In this document: in pieces, positions 1 through 14,522 of the stretch
Numbering within the stretch: position 1 is the stretch's first letter
Layout of the letters: each line of letters begins with the position of its first letter
Source: Octopus sinensis
Taxonomy: Eukaryota
DNA: 64,000 nucleotides
Assembly (NCBI RefSeq): GCF_006345805.1
Contig: NC_043002.1
Location: 31,186,001 to 31,250,000, forward strand
Direction of reading: 5' to 3'
The notes under the pieces: model-generated
Told to the model about the DNA's origin: nothing
The model's input: only the letters and a program-made list of their open reading frames with translations
Databases searched by the model: none
Translations under genes and position numbers: made by a program

Positions 1-339
1 ATCTTAGTCACAACATGAAGGGATTTTTGGTTATGTATGTTTGTCATATAATAGAAGTTAGAAATCATTGGATTCATGATTTAATGTTTAAAACCAGCTA
101 TCACCCAGCCAATCAGAGAGTTTATTACATGGCATTTTGGACCCATCCACTTTTTGTCTCGTTTTATTGAAATAATATCGATTCATTTCTATCCGCAGAA
201 ACTTCGCGCGTCAATCCTGCCTAAGTTGGTTGTGCGGTAAGTAGAGTATTGTGTGTTAATTGTAAAGGTACCTTGTGGCATCCCGAGCATTAAACTAATA
301 CATTTGTTTGTTGTCTACACCACCTGTCTTCATCACCAT

Positions 340-390
340 ATACATACATATATCACCATATACATACATATACCACACACACACACACAC

Positions 391-437
<47 letters not shown>

Positions 438-517
438 AAATAACAAATGTTATATAATGAGCTTCATTAGCTTATTACATATAATATATATATATAATAT
501 ATATATATGTATATATA

Positions 518-603
<86 letters not shown>

Positions 604-620
604 ATATTTATTGATATTTA
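340..620. repeat. Compound (CA)n/(TA)n/(TG)n microsatellite, representative of dozens across the window
   Basis: Direct reading; it produces the poly-HT/YI/CV pseudo-ORFs in the track. Confidence 0.98.
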
Positions 621-1214
621 TATTCGTATATGTATATTGTACGTATGTAATGCAAAACACCCTGCAGATTGCAATAGTCAGTAATATAAAAATAAAATTT
701 TGAAAGCTGTTCTTTTTCTGTGATCTACTATGAAATGGTTCACGGGCCAATATTGGTCCACGACCAGGGGCTGGGAAAAAGAATGATAGGCTGGTAAGTC
801 ATGCTGGCATAAACTCAATTTGAACCTTTTTCCTTCATTAGGAAGTTGGTATTTGACTTCCGTAGATAATTGTCGACATCTATCAATTCCTTTAGCGTTT
901 CCGTTACCAATAATATCTTGTTCTTCACTTCACTTTCATTTTACGTCGAATTTACGTATAAAGATGATCCTCCTTTATGGTTATCTATGACCACAGAGCT
1001 TCCGTTTAAAGTGAAGATAACTTTTACGTGTTCTGCGAGCGGTGTATCATTTTTGTAAATATTTCCTATTAACCCAGAATATTAGTTATTTCGTCACCAC
1101 AATACTAGATGCAAATCACAGGTATCTGGTAATAGAGGATGCAGTTTGTGTTACATCAAATTCCCTGTATTGTGGCATTTGTTTTACTGCTTTTTCTTAA
1201 ACACACACACACAC

Positions 1215-1665
<451 letters not shown>

Positions 1666-1929
1666 ATATATATATATGCATACATATATTAGTATTACTA
1701 TTTTATTTGTCGTGAAATTATTTATATTATGGGGTACTGTATGATGTCCGAGATGGGTAATTTGTGCCATTGCTTTGAGAGAGACAGCGGGGAAAGGTAA
1801 AGAGAGAGTGGCTCTGCGTATATGTATATGTGTGTGTGTGGGATAGAGAGAGAGAGCGGGTGAGAAGGTGGGAGATTGTCTGGATATGAGAGAAAAAGGG
1901 GATCAGAGAGTCTGCGTGTGTGTGTGTGC

Positions 1930-1962
<33 letters not shown>

Positions 1963-2534
1963 GGAGAGAGAGAGAAATAAAAGGGGAAATGTGCTGTAAA
2001 TGTTGTTTATTGAATAGTGTATCTTTTGTCCTCTTCGTATTATTATTATAATTGTAGTTGTGGTTGTGGATGTTTTTTTTTATTGCTATTGTTGTTGCTG
2101 TTTTTGTTATTGTTGTTGTTATTGTTATTGTTGTTGTTTTTGTTTTCGCTGTTTTATCGCTGCGTCTCCACTCATATTTTTTTCCCACTGATTTCATTTT
2201 AATCGCTTTACTTATACTGTTGCTTTTCAACCATAGTTTATTGTTGAGATAGCGTTTGCATTTTAGCTCCTGCTATTGTGATTATTGTCGCTATTTTCTA
2301 TATTTTTTGCACGTTTGAATTTTTTTTCTTTATCCTAATGTCTGTCATTCCTGTTATTAAGCCATTCAACCACCACCACCACCACCACATCCATCTTCTT
2401 ACACTCACAACCAACCTTGTTGCAACCAAGCCTTAACATTTATCAACGCTACAACATCTCCGATATGGCTACCATCATAATTATATCGCTACGATTGAAG
2501 CTGCACTATTGACACAAAATGCAACGAACTTTCT

Positions 2535-2935
2535 GCACATCACCATCATCATCATCATTGTTCGACCGTGGTCGAGACAATGGAATTTACCATGCTACGC
2601 CAGACTTCACGGTCCATCATGGCATTACGGAGGTCCTGTTGCTGGATGCCTGTATCCCTGGAGATTACAACAGGGTAGGAGAGTGTGCGCCCTCTGGTAT
2701 TGCGAGTAGATGGCTTCCAGAGGAGAAGAGTAGAAATTACTTCTTTTTCAGCTCTACAACAATGTCCAGCAAACTGGACTCTCCTACCTTTCACAAGAGA
2801 TGACACAGGTGGTAGTTTCCCATATATTTGCATTTTGGTTGGATGGCGCTTCCACGAGATATTTTGAGCTCTCATAAGGAGGCGTGTGTAGGTTCCATCC
2901 AACCGCCTCTCAAGCTTCTTTGATAACGTCCAGAG
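2535..2935 (-). mobile_element. 5'-truncated RTE-clade LINE 3' end with (CAT/ATG)n tail
   Basis: Translation WTLSKKLERRLDGTYTRLLMRAQNISWKRH...RRVQFAGHC...LLLWKP...AMMDREVWR matches the RTE post-RT C-terminus; a trinucleotide tail follows. Confidence 0.85.
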
Positions 2936-3079
2936 ACAAATCTACTACTGAAGCACCACCGGTATTATTAATACTGTAACACTATTTCCCTCCAAAGTTA
3001 TTACAACCATCAGTATCTTATTGATGTTACTATCAACGGCACTTACTCAGTTAGTAAAACTGTTATATAACCTTAAGTG

Positions 3080-3760
3080 ACACAACCACATGACTCCATT
3101 CATCCTTTCTGCATTCAAACATTCACCCCACCACCATCATCATCCCGCCACCACTTCACCATCACCATTTTCACTATCATCACCATCATCAACACTACCA
3201 AATTTACAGTGACTCCCCCCCCCACCGCCAGTATCACAACCAAAAACACCTCCACCACATCTACCAGTAAATCACCATCACCATGGTCCCCAAGGTCACT
3301 ATTATCAACACCAACACCACCATCACCTCCAGACCAGCACCACACCACCACCACCACCACACCACCACCACCACCACCTCCGCCGTCGCAATCACTGCCG
3401 CCATCACCACCACCACCACCGCTGCCACCTCCACATCACCATCAGCACTACAAACGTAACCGCCAACTCCAGAACAACCACCACACCACCAACACCATCA
3501 TCCCCATCATCACACTACGATCATTAGTACCAGGGTAATCATCTTCAAAACATCCCCTCACCGTCATCACGTAACCATTCCTCAACATCACTATCACACC
3601 TTCATCATTATACCGTTTTAGTTTCATCATCAACGCCATCGTTATACTCCTAGTTGTCGTCATCACCATCACGACTACCAGCATGCACCACCACCAACAA
3701 CAGCAACAATAAGCACAAACACCACCACTGCCGCCGCCATCACTACTGCCGCCCTCACCT
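3080..3760. repeat. (CAC/CAT)n low-complexity tract
   Basis: Degenerate trinucleotide repeats giving Pro/His/Thr-rich pseudo-ORFs. Confidence 0.9.
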
Positions 3761-4128
3761 AGAATTTCTTCCCGGAATTTCATTCGGAATTGTAAATGCT
3801 GAATCTGTAACCGATGTAGCACTTACTCATTTCTTTCGTTGTATCAATTAAACTGTGTAGCTTTTGAGAGTATTACAGATGGTGTAGTTGGCCAGTGTAC
3901 ATGAACTCCCAGCGTCGTGCGGTTGTGTCTGAAATAAGCATTTCTGAATGGAATCTAGCGATTGATTTAGATGATTTTCGCGTCTTTCTTTAAGGAACGA
4001 ACAAATCTCTGCTGGCCTCATTCCGGTAGAAATTGACATTGACTTCAGCGCATTCTGTAATAGTAATAGACAGTTAATCTTGAGTAAATATAATCCTTGC
4101 TTTTCCTAAGAAAAAATAAAAAACGAAA

Positions 4129-4524
4129 TCTCTCTCTATATAAAGCTGAAGTTGTCTGTGTATGGCAGGCTTGGTAGCATTCAACTAACACTATCTCCCC
4201 CGAGACCCTCTGGTGCAAGTTGACCAAAAAGGAGAGTATTATAGAAGAAGGCTTGCTCTTCCTTCCGTAGAAAATTAATTCAAATCGGACCATGTTAACA
4301 CCAAAAATTATTTACATTAAAAAGGTGCTTTTTTTTTCTATGAAAATCCCTATTCTTTTACGATTTTTTGACTGCTGTGTCGCCCTTTTTGTGGTGTATT
4401 TCGAACAGAAAAAATGTTCACTTAAAGAGAATAGCGAGCTACATAACGCAAATGTTTTACTTTTCAAAAATTCCAATTCTAAAGGTCCGAAACAAACCTG
4501 AGCAACGCCGGGCGATACTGCTAG
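4129..4524 (+). mobile_element. Non-autonomous Helitron-like element
   Basis: Starts TCTCTCTCTATATAAAG after an A; ends with the subterminal hairpin CCTGAGCAACGCCGGG followed by CTAG and then T (A|T insertion, no TSD). Confidence 0.75.
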
Positions 4525-5516
4525 TTTACTGATATATGGATGACCTACTTGCTACAGAAGAAATCATTAAACCATATTTGGTTGCCATAAGTTAATCGGT
4601 CACTGCATTCATTCAGTTACCTGTGAAAGAATAGAGCTTTTAGATTGTTGGCAATGGATCTGCTATTATTGGCACTATTATCTTGAGAAAATACGAATAA
4701 AATAGAAATTGACCAGTAAACTTTATTGTGGTCATAACAAACTCAAATCCTCTTTTAATATCACAGAATGGATTACCGTTATATCATAACGCCGTTTGAA
4801 TCACATTAATAACTATGGTAGCCAAATCAAATCCAAAAACATTTCTGCGTGGTATCATACATAGAAGAAAAGAAAAAAAATCATTTGGAGAGTTATCAAA
4901 ACTAAAATTGTACAAAATGACGTGAAACTGTACCATGCTAAACTGTAACACCTAGTTGTGATTTTAATAACAAAAACTTTCATCAAACAAATTGACATGA
5001 TTCAACTGATGCTAAATAAAAGTTCTTCCAACAGTGATTTTACATTCTCTTTTCAGATAACGAGGTGCACGCTTAAAACTGTCGGTAAACGGCTGAGATT
5101 TGAACGAATTACGAGGCATCTAAATCTATTGCTGATAATATATAAATCTTCAACAATTTAATTCTTCTCGTGAAAGTGCTTTTAATCAAATATTAATGAC
5201 TCGTCTGCGTATAGTGAAAACTTTTTAAAAACTGTCACATGATGAATTCATAGATGATTAATGCGTCATATCCGACATGTTTTTGTCACCAATCAAAACT
5301 GATTAGTTATTAGTTTTAAGTCAGTTTTGTATTAGACAGGTATGTACGTGAATGTGTATGTACATTGGTGTAATTGTGCAGGATTGTGTGTGTGTGTGTG
5401 TGTACATATGGTGATAGACAGAAATATATTTGCATATTTGTGTGTACGCCTGCTGGAAAGTGTATACATACCGTAATAGGTAGGAATGTGTGTGTCTATT
5501 TGTGTGTAAGTAAGTG

Positions 5517-5800
5517 AGTGCTCATGGCCTAGTAGTTAAGGTATTACACTCATGATCGTGAGATCGTGGTTTCAATTCTTGGACTGGATGATACGTTGTG
5601 TTCTTCAGCAAAGCACTTCATCTCACGTTGCTTTACGATCACTTCGACACCTGACGTTTGACGCACTCTGTACCTTTTGAGGCAAAGTTGATTTGATGGA
5701 AGGAGTGAGCTAATGCACTGCACAAACATTTGATCACTATAAGCAAATCATTTGTGCAAATTGTTGAGCAGGAAATTGCAGAGCCGTCGTCTTTCTCGGA
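5517..5800 (+). mobile_element. Diverged tRNA-derived SINE (family D)
   Basis: A-box-like TGGCCTAGTAGTT, B-box-like GGTTTCAATTC, then GTTGTGTTCTTCAGCAAAGCACTT, shared with the copies at 21.6 kb and 52.2 kb. Confidence 0.7.
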
Positions 5801-5880
5801 TACGAGAGATTATCATTACATCACATCGATGGGTGCTTGTATGTTATCGTTTGAGCAACGAGATTTATCCTAGATTTGTT

Positions 5881-6245
<365 letters not shown>

Positions 6246-7140
6246 TTTGTTCCTTGTTTTATATTTACTTACTGATCTGGGGAAATGTATTGGGCCCATA
6301 ATGGCTAATATTCTATTGAACTCAAAACCTACAGGAAAGTCATGAGTGGATTCTAGAGGAGATTACGGAAGGTCAGTGTTCTGGGGCAGAAGCAGAAACA
6401 TAGGAGTTACTGTGAAGAAATAGGATTAGATTACGAAGAATAACGAGAACACCAGTAATTTCGGGATTGCGTGAGAGGTGGAGGAATGAGACAAATAAGC
6501 TCCGAGGAAGTACAGCTAATGAATAAGTAAAAATGAATTATTCAAGTATTGGATAAAAGTGATTTTTTCTCCTAAATGCTTGCAGAATGAACATTATGGT
6601 CTAATTGTGTGCAGATCACTAATTAAAAGATATACCGTTGTATCTAATAGCTATTTGTATACTGTATATATATTGCCTCAATCTCGACTAAGAAGCGGTG
6701 TATTCTTAAAAATACTAAGGCTTACCCATCTTTGTGTTAATCTCATAGGATGCAGTAATAAGAAAGATACCACCCAGGTAGAAAAGCGGCTCACATCAAA
6801 AGTAGCCACCCGTATATATCTCAAAGGATAAATGAATTCTTAACATTACGAAGAATTAATTGAAGGAGTCAAAAAAACATTAATTTTCTTCTAGCTAACA
6901 ATTTTGTAGCTGTAGTAGTAGTAGCAGCAGCAATTGATGCTGTTGTTGTTGTTGTTGTCGTTATTTGCTTTCCTTTATATCAGATAAGAAATAAAAGGCA
7001 AGCTAGAAGAGACTGGAATATAATCCTGTTGTCTCTATATAACCAATGTCCATACAATCAACAAAGATATATATATATATATATATAATTATATATACAA
7101 ACGTATATACGGGTATATACATATAGTGACATAAAAATAC

Positions 7141-7175
<35 letters not shown>

Positions 7176-7366
7176 TGTGTATATTATATATATATACATA
7201 TATACAAACACAATATACAATTACATACATGCATAATATACAGACAGACACACAGACACATACATACATAGATACATACATATATATATACACACATATA
7301 TACATATATATATACACACATATATAACATATATATATACACACATATATACATATATACACACAC

Positions 7367-7450
<84 letters not shown>

Positions 7451-7779
7451 AGCCACTGGATTACTCACTAAAAAACCGTCTGTCAAACTATTCAATAGGA
7501 AAACACTAACAGAAGGCGTTAGGAAACGTAAAACTCTCTTAAAGCATTCTTGATCATTTTTGTTGGCGCCTATTATTATATTTTTCTTCGTCAAAATCGT
7601 TTATATTGTTGCTTAGATTGCTGTTTATATTTTATTGTTGCTATGAAAATCTGTGTTGTTATTGCGTTTCTCTTACTGCTCATCTTTTCTATATTATTTT
7701 CTAGCCCTCCCCGCCATTGCCTTTATCGTGGCCGTGTAAGTATGGGAGCTATTGTCACACCGTCTATATACCAGCATCA

Positions 7780-7881
7780 GCGTTGTCGGTGTTAGCGTCG
7801 TTGTCATCATCGTCGTCATCAGCATCACCATCATCATCATCGTCGTCGTCGTCGTCGTCGTCAAGGTCATAATCATCACCC

Positions 7882-7912
<31 letters not shown>

Positions 7913-8050
7913 CATCATCATCCTCATCCTCATCATCATCATTACCATTCCTATCGTCATCACCTTTATCATCTTCCTCATCTCCATCCTCATCATCAGG
8001 ATCTTATAATGATGTTCATCACCATCATCATCATAATCATCATCATCCTA
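7780..8050. repeat. (CAT/CGT)n trinucleotide tract
   Basis: Direct reading. Confidence 0.95.
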
Positions 8051-8479
8051 TCCAACTTCTTCGATAAATCATAACAATTACTTCAAAAGTTGAAACAAGA
8101 TCTCGAATTTATGAGAGAGGACCTCTCCATTACACTGACGACTGTAATTGCCCAATACTTGAATCGCTTCTGGACTTGAGATTTAAAGCCAAAGATGACT
8201 TATGTGTGATTTACACCCAAAATGTAAAAAAGATGAGAGAACTAATGCAAAGCAATTTTTTTCGATGCTCTCCTGATACTACAGATACCACCGCCATCAC
8301 CAGCAACACCATGATTTCGTTCATTTGCTACCAGGCCGAAGGATGACTGGGAGAATGCAAACACAGATATAACTGTGGATGCTAACATATAATGAAATGA
8401 TAAAAAGAAAGATTTAGTATACATTGTATACTATAAACAAAGATGGGAAGTATACATAGTATACAACAGTAATAACAAA

Positions 8480-8830
8480 AGATGATAATGATGTCCTGTG
8501 GTTACAAAAGGATCTTTCAGGGTAATGAAGAGACCCCACTGTTCAAGGTCTCTCTGAAGACAAGGGCCCACCCCAATTTCTTTTTGCGGACTCAAAAGTC
8601 TACACTTAGAGCGGAATCAACCATTCTTGTAATTTTCGAAACTTTCACCCACTTTTCAATAAATTCATTCGAGGTCAGTACCTCACTCTCCACTCTGACT
8701 TTCCTTCTCAAGTGAGACTCGAAAATCGATGAGATCATCAGCAAAGGGGAATATAACTGTCCTCATGCGTTTCAACCTCGCCCAACAGAAAATATTTTTC
8801 GCCGCATCTCTCAGGCAAAAAGGAAATACA
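8480..8830 (-). pseudogene. L1/Tx1-like ORF2 C-terminal remnant plus 3' UTR
   Basis: AAKNIFCWARLKRMRT...LIDF (frameshift) ESHLRRKVRVESEVLTSNEFIEKWVKVSKITRM resembles Tx1-clade ORF2 C-termini. Confidence 0.6.
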
Positions 8831-8966
8831 GTCTTACTTGGGTGATTAAACGAAAGGCAAGCAAGTTTAACAGAGAGATACTTCGATTACATCGATATCA
8901 GTGTCCAAATACTACTTAAGTTATCCACACATCAAGGATTAATTAACAATATCAGTAATAACAATA

Positions 8967-9441
8967 ATCTTTTCCACTTTAGGCACAAGGCTAGAAATTT
9001 GAGGGGACGGGACTAATTGAATACATCGACCGCCAGTAATTCACTGGTACTTAATTTATCCACTCTGAAAAGATGGAAGTCAAAGTCAACCTCGGAGGAA
9101 TTTGAACTCAGAATGTAGCAGCAGACGAAATACCGCTAAGCGTGCTAACGATTCTGCCAGCTTGCCGTCTTCATCAATAGTAACAATAATAACAACAACA
9201 AGTGTTACAATAATAATGTGCTGATTGTCTATAAGTCTAATTAATTATCCTTTCTATTACAGGCAAAAGGCCTGATATTTTACGGTAGGAGTAAGTCGAT
9301 TACATCGTCCGCCGTGTTCCACTGGTAATCACTATTTCGACCCCCTAAAGAATGCTAAGCAAAGAAGACCTTGACGGAATTTGCACTCAGAAATGCCGGT
9401 AAGCATTCTGCTCGGCGTGTTTACGATTCTGCCAGCTCGCC
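8967..9441 (-). mobile_element. Two tandem SINE family B copies (8967-9166, 9248-9441)
   Basis: Both read GGC(G/A)AGCTGGCAGAATCGT on the minus strand; the first has the intact CTGAGTTCAAATTCC B-box region, the second is degenerate; tails are related. Confidence 0.85.
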
Positions 9442-9851
9442 ACCTTAGGAGTCTAAACAACAATAGTCTCCGGTTTTGTTTCTTCCATCTGCTCGTAATT
9501 GTTATTGTTGTTCCTCTGTTCTTCTATGCCATGTCTGCAAGTAACAAGAATACTGATATCAGTAAATAGAACATCGTCGTAAGCATAAGCATCATCATCG
9601 TCAGTGTCATCGTCATCTTCATCATCATCTTCATTGTGAAAACCATCTACCACCGCCATCATACTTAGAGCTACCACCATCACCATTACCGCTGTCACCG
9701 TTGTCATATGCATTTTCTTAACACTCATTTTCCTTCTACACAAATGAAAACTATATATTGGACGTTTGTTTGTGTGTGAGCCTACGCGTGTGTGTTTGCG
9801 TATACATATATATGTATGTATGCTTGTATACATGAATGTGCGTGTTTATGC

Positions 9852-9922
<71 letters not shown>

Positions 9923-10005
9923 TTATGTATGTATGTATGTATGTATGTATGTATTATGTATGTATGTATGTATGTGCATGAATGTATGTATAGGGAAATA
10001 AAAAT

Positions 10006-10058
<53 letters not shown>

Positions 10059-10253
10059 TGTATACGTGTGCGTGTATTTATAATGTACCTTCTCTCTTCT
10101 ATATATATATACATATATATGCATTATAGATACAAACAGACAGACAGATAGACAGATATATAGAGAGATAGATAGATATATAGAGAGAGAGAGTGAGAGA
10201 GAAAGAAACAGAGAGAAAAAGGTGAAAGTAGATAGTTAAATACTCATGTACAG

Positions 10254-10299
<46 letters not shown>

Positions 10300-11840
10300 T
10301 ATTTGCATGCATGCTTTATGTATGTAGATATATGGACACAATACTTTTTCTATGAATGTATGCATGTGTGTACTTGTATATAAGACCACAAAATAAGAAT
10401 GGAAAGAAAGGTGAGTACGAAGGGAAAATATAAAAACAGATAAACAAGAGGTGGAAACTAGAGAGAATGAATGATGTCAACAAAATGATATTGTCATGTA
10501 AAAAGTAACGGAACCTATACGAACAACGGCAGCGATAACAATAATAACAATCACAACATCAACAACTGTAACAAGGGCCAGAAAAATAATAATAACAACA
10601 ACAGTAACGAAAAAAAGGCCATTAAAAATACCCGACAGAATATAAAAATCTATTATTGTAAGGCAGACATCATTTTAAGGAAACAAATTTATATAACATA
10701 TTCAATGGGTTGAAATTTCTAACACCACCCCCATTGCATCCAACCAATTCATACGACCCTTTCACGCTCAGTTATGCTCCCTAAATATTCTTTTATTATA
10801 TCTCATTACATTTATAACTGTTCTCTTCACGCCACTACCATCCCAAACCAGCTACGCCATGTTTTATTTCACTCCATTCAACTAACTCCCTGTCAGTTGC
10901 TCCCTCTTTCTCTATCGTTCTGTCTCTCCAAACTTTTATCCATCCGCTTCATATGTCCCTGTGTATAGACGAGAACGCCCTCTATTTCACATTAGCCGCC
11001 ACACATATCTGACACATTAATAGGTTCATTATAAGCGGCTAATGGTGTTGATTAAGGATCCTTTCACATGTCTTACGGGTCAGCAAATGGTCGGTGGCAG
11101 TAGTCATGATGGTAAAGATGGTGGTGGTGGTGGAGGTGTTGGTGGTGGTGATTGTTTTGTGAGGGAGGGGCTCTGGTGGTGGTGGTGGTGGTGCAGATAT
11201 AAGAGTCTATGTGTATTTTGTTGTGCCTTGCTGATTTTGTCGCTTGTAGGTTGGTTTATACAGATCTAAATATGCTTATATTTATATGAATACATGTGTA
11301 TGTGTATGGTCTGTGTGTTTGTGCGTGAATGAGCGTATTTGTGTGTGAGTGAGTGTGTGTTTGTGTGTGAGTAAATGTGTTTTGTGTGCGAGTGAGTATA
11401 TATATATATGCATATTGCATTTATGTAGTATACGTTTATATACATAAGTGTATATATATATATATATTATATATATATATACTATTATATATATATATAT
11501 ATAATATATAATATATATACAGTATATATATGCATGTATATATATATATATACGAATATGTACACACCACACATATGTTAGTGACTTGTAGGGGCGCAGT
11601 ATTTTGTTATGCAACCATGAGATAATAAGATACTTAAAATATATCAAACGTTTATTATAAGTCAACAGCATGTTATATTGTGCTAGCAGTGCCCATTAGA
11701 CATGTATGTATGTGTGCATCTATCTATCTATCTATTTATCTCTGTCTCGCGCTCTATATATATACATATATACATATATATATATACATATATATGTATA
11801 TATATTTCTATACATATATATATACATATATATACATATA

Positions 11841-11878
<38 letters not shown>

Positions 11879-11941
11879 TAACTAAACCTATATATATATG
11901 TATGTATATGCATGTATGTATGTATGTATATATATATATAT

Positions 11942-12078
11942 ACGACGGGCTTCTTTCAGTTTCCGTCTACAAAATCCACTCACAAGGCTTTAGTCTGCCC
12001 AAGTAGAAGACAGTTGCCCAAGGTGCCACGCAGTGGGACTGAACCCGGTACCAAGCTACTTACCAAACAGCCACTTCT
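11942..12078 (-). mobile_element. SINE family A, 5' half
   Basis: Matches the 25987-26340 copy (GTGGCACCTTGGGCAA...GTAGACGGAAACTGAAAGAAGCCCGTCGT). Confidence 0.9.
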
Positions 12079-13063
12079 ACGCCTACAAAATGTGTAATAA
12101 TAATAAAGGTATAACACATTTTGACAGAGTCGAAATGTGTAATATCTTTATTGAGTTATTGCTTATTAAGAAATTAGGGGCAAGCATCGCTGTGGACTTA
12201 AGAATTCTTCTTTGCTACAACGTGGTCCAAAAATCTTCCCCACATTGCAGGGAAATGCTCATCACAATATGAACACCTACGACGAACTCTCACATATGTA
12301 ATACAGAGATTTAAAATCCACTGATAACTGAGGTTATCCGTCCAATTTGTACAAAAATAATTCCGTTTAATGTTACTAAATATATAAAAACAAGCAGGAA
12401 GATAACTCTTACAGAATAACCTTTTCCTTATTTGGGAAAATACAAATGATGAAAAATTCAAATAGATGCAGCTTTCGTCAGCATCATTTTTACCTACTAC
12501 TACAGGTTTTGATTGACGAGTGATTGTAAATGACATTTGGTTCTCGGAACTTTTCAAGTAGTTCGCCTTATATGCTTGTCCCATATATATGTGTGTATGT
12601 CTGAGCTTATATGTCTGGGCCCAATATATATATATATTATAATAAGAGATATATGACCGAAGCAATGTCATCCCTTCTTTCATTTTTGTTGCACACTTTT
12701 CCTATGTAAATTATAGCTTACACCTCTCCTTACATAACCACTTCACATTTTTAAAGAGAAGTAGTGCTTACTTACACCGCTCCTCACACTAATGTAATAG
12801 AAAATGTAAAAGAGAGGGACATAGACAGAGAGACATACAGACAAATATATATATACAAAGACAGAAAGAGGATGTGTCAGTCATACTGCGAGCCACGTTT
12901 GGCGACCCAAATAGTGGTTATCGGATTTGATAGAGGGAAAAAAGGTCTATATGTATGTGTGTGTGTGTGCGTGTGTGTGTGTGTATGTATGTATATATAT
13001 ATACATATATACACATAGATATATTGTATAGATATATATACGTATATATTTATATATATATAT

Positions 13064-13129
<66 letters not shown>

Positions 13130-13139
13130 TATATATATA

Positions 13140-13185
<46 letters not shown>

Positions 13186-13186
13186 A

Positions 13187-13390
13187 GGGAAAGTTTACGA
13201 AAAAAACAAAAGACGAAGACAGGTGGTGTAGAAAACAAACAGATGTATTAGTATAACGCTCAGGAGTAGAAAATGTCTTTTACGTTTCGAGCCTACGCTC
13301 TTCTACAGAAAGTTACACAGAAAAAACAAGGAGAGAAATATGGAGAGAAGAAAAGGAGAGAAAAAAAGGATATATCCCAACGCGGGGTTT
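13187..13390 (-). mobile_element. Short (TA)n-flanked element carrying a hammerhead-like motif (PLE-derived?)
   Basis: Minus strand 13277-13310: CTTT-CTGTAGA-A-GAGC-GTAG-GCTC-GAAACGT-A-AAAG; homologous to 50321-50515 and related to 34770-34975. Confidence 0.65.
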
Positions 13391-13643
13391 TTTCCAACAC
13401 TACCACTTATCAACCGCTGTTGGTGAATTTATGTCCCAGTAACTTATTTGTACTGTAAAGATAAGCGAGGAAATATGTACCCAGGTTCATAATAATTTAT
13501 GTACTGGTGTTGATCCTTTGGACTAAAAGTTTTCAAAGCGGTGCTCCAGCATGGTCACAGTATGATGAACGAATCAAGCAAAAGACAAAAGATACGTACA
13601 CGCACAAATGCACACACACACTTATGATGGGGCGTGTTCAATA

Positions 13644-13818
13644 CGAGGGGATGCTGAAAAGGGGCTTTCAGTTAATTATGATCTTATTCAAAATATTCCC
13701 CTCTCACATTCACGCACTTATTGCAGCGTCTGTTCCTGTAAAAGGACCCGGAATTTTGGGCCTTCAACCAAGTCTTTCGCGATTCCCTTAAAGCCAAGAA
13801 CTATTCAGCACCCCGTCG
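13644..13818. mobile_element. Tc1/mariner-type MITE
   Basis: Imperfect TIRs CGAGGGGATGCTGAAAAG and CTATTCAGCACCCCGTCG, with TA duplicated on both sides (13642-43, 13819-20). Confidence 0.8.
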
Positions 13819-14178
13819 TAAATGCTCTCTAGAGGGTAGTGTTTTGTCTAACAGACATAAGAATCTATACATACATACATACACACATACATATATATAT
13901 ATACATACATACATACATACATACATACATACATACATACATTCATACATACATACATGTTTGCATACCAACAGACACTCACACAAACACACACACACAC
14001 ACACACACGCATATGCATATATAAACGTAGACTTACTTAAGTATGTACTTTCATCGTAACCGCTCGACTTAAATGGCGTTACATATACGAAAAGAAATAC
14101 ACACGCAAATGTGCAAATACAAGAAATATACACCAAAAATAAAATGAAAAAAAAAACCACATATATATATATATATAT

Positions 14179-14223
<45 letters not shown>

Positions 14224-14470
14224 CAGTGACAACGATATGTATGCAAGTATGCATGTATGTATGTATTTATGTTATATATATATATAGTGAGAAGGGACAA
14301 ATAATTCTGTTATGACTAAATGAATGTGGGCGTCAGTATGTAATATGCATTACATAATGGGCATGAATATCTATAACAAAACGGAATATATTTTGTGTGT
14401 CTATGTGTGTGCGCACTTCTGGTTGCGTGTAAATGTATATAGGTGTACATAGGTAAGCGTAGATAAATAA

Positions 14471-14522
<52 letters not shown>

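Noticed and set aside
253-684. Long ORFs rich in YI/HT/CV/LS/II runs (this one and most of the track, e.g. 16332-17141, 30361-30927)
   Set aside because: They are translations of di-, tri- and tetranucleotide microsatellites, not genes.
730-780. Motif resembling a hAT/Charlie terminal repeat (GGTCCACGACCAGGGGCTGGGA)
   Set aside because: No matching second terminus or TSD was found.
820-1190. Coding-looking stretch checked for cadherin or endonuclease motifs
   Set aside because: It has stops in all frames and no diagnostic motif beyond a weak GGSSLYV.
3848-4039. STGMRPAEI, resembling tyrosine recombinase box I
   Set aside because: It is an isolated 9-residue match with no downstream HxxR or Tyr motif in a 63-aa ORF.
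4533-4550. YMDDLL RT-like motif next to the Helitron
   Set aside because: It is surrounded by stops and has no other RT motifs.
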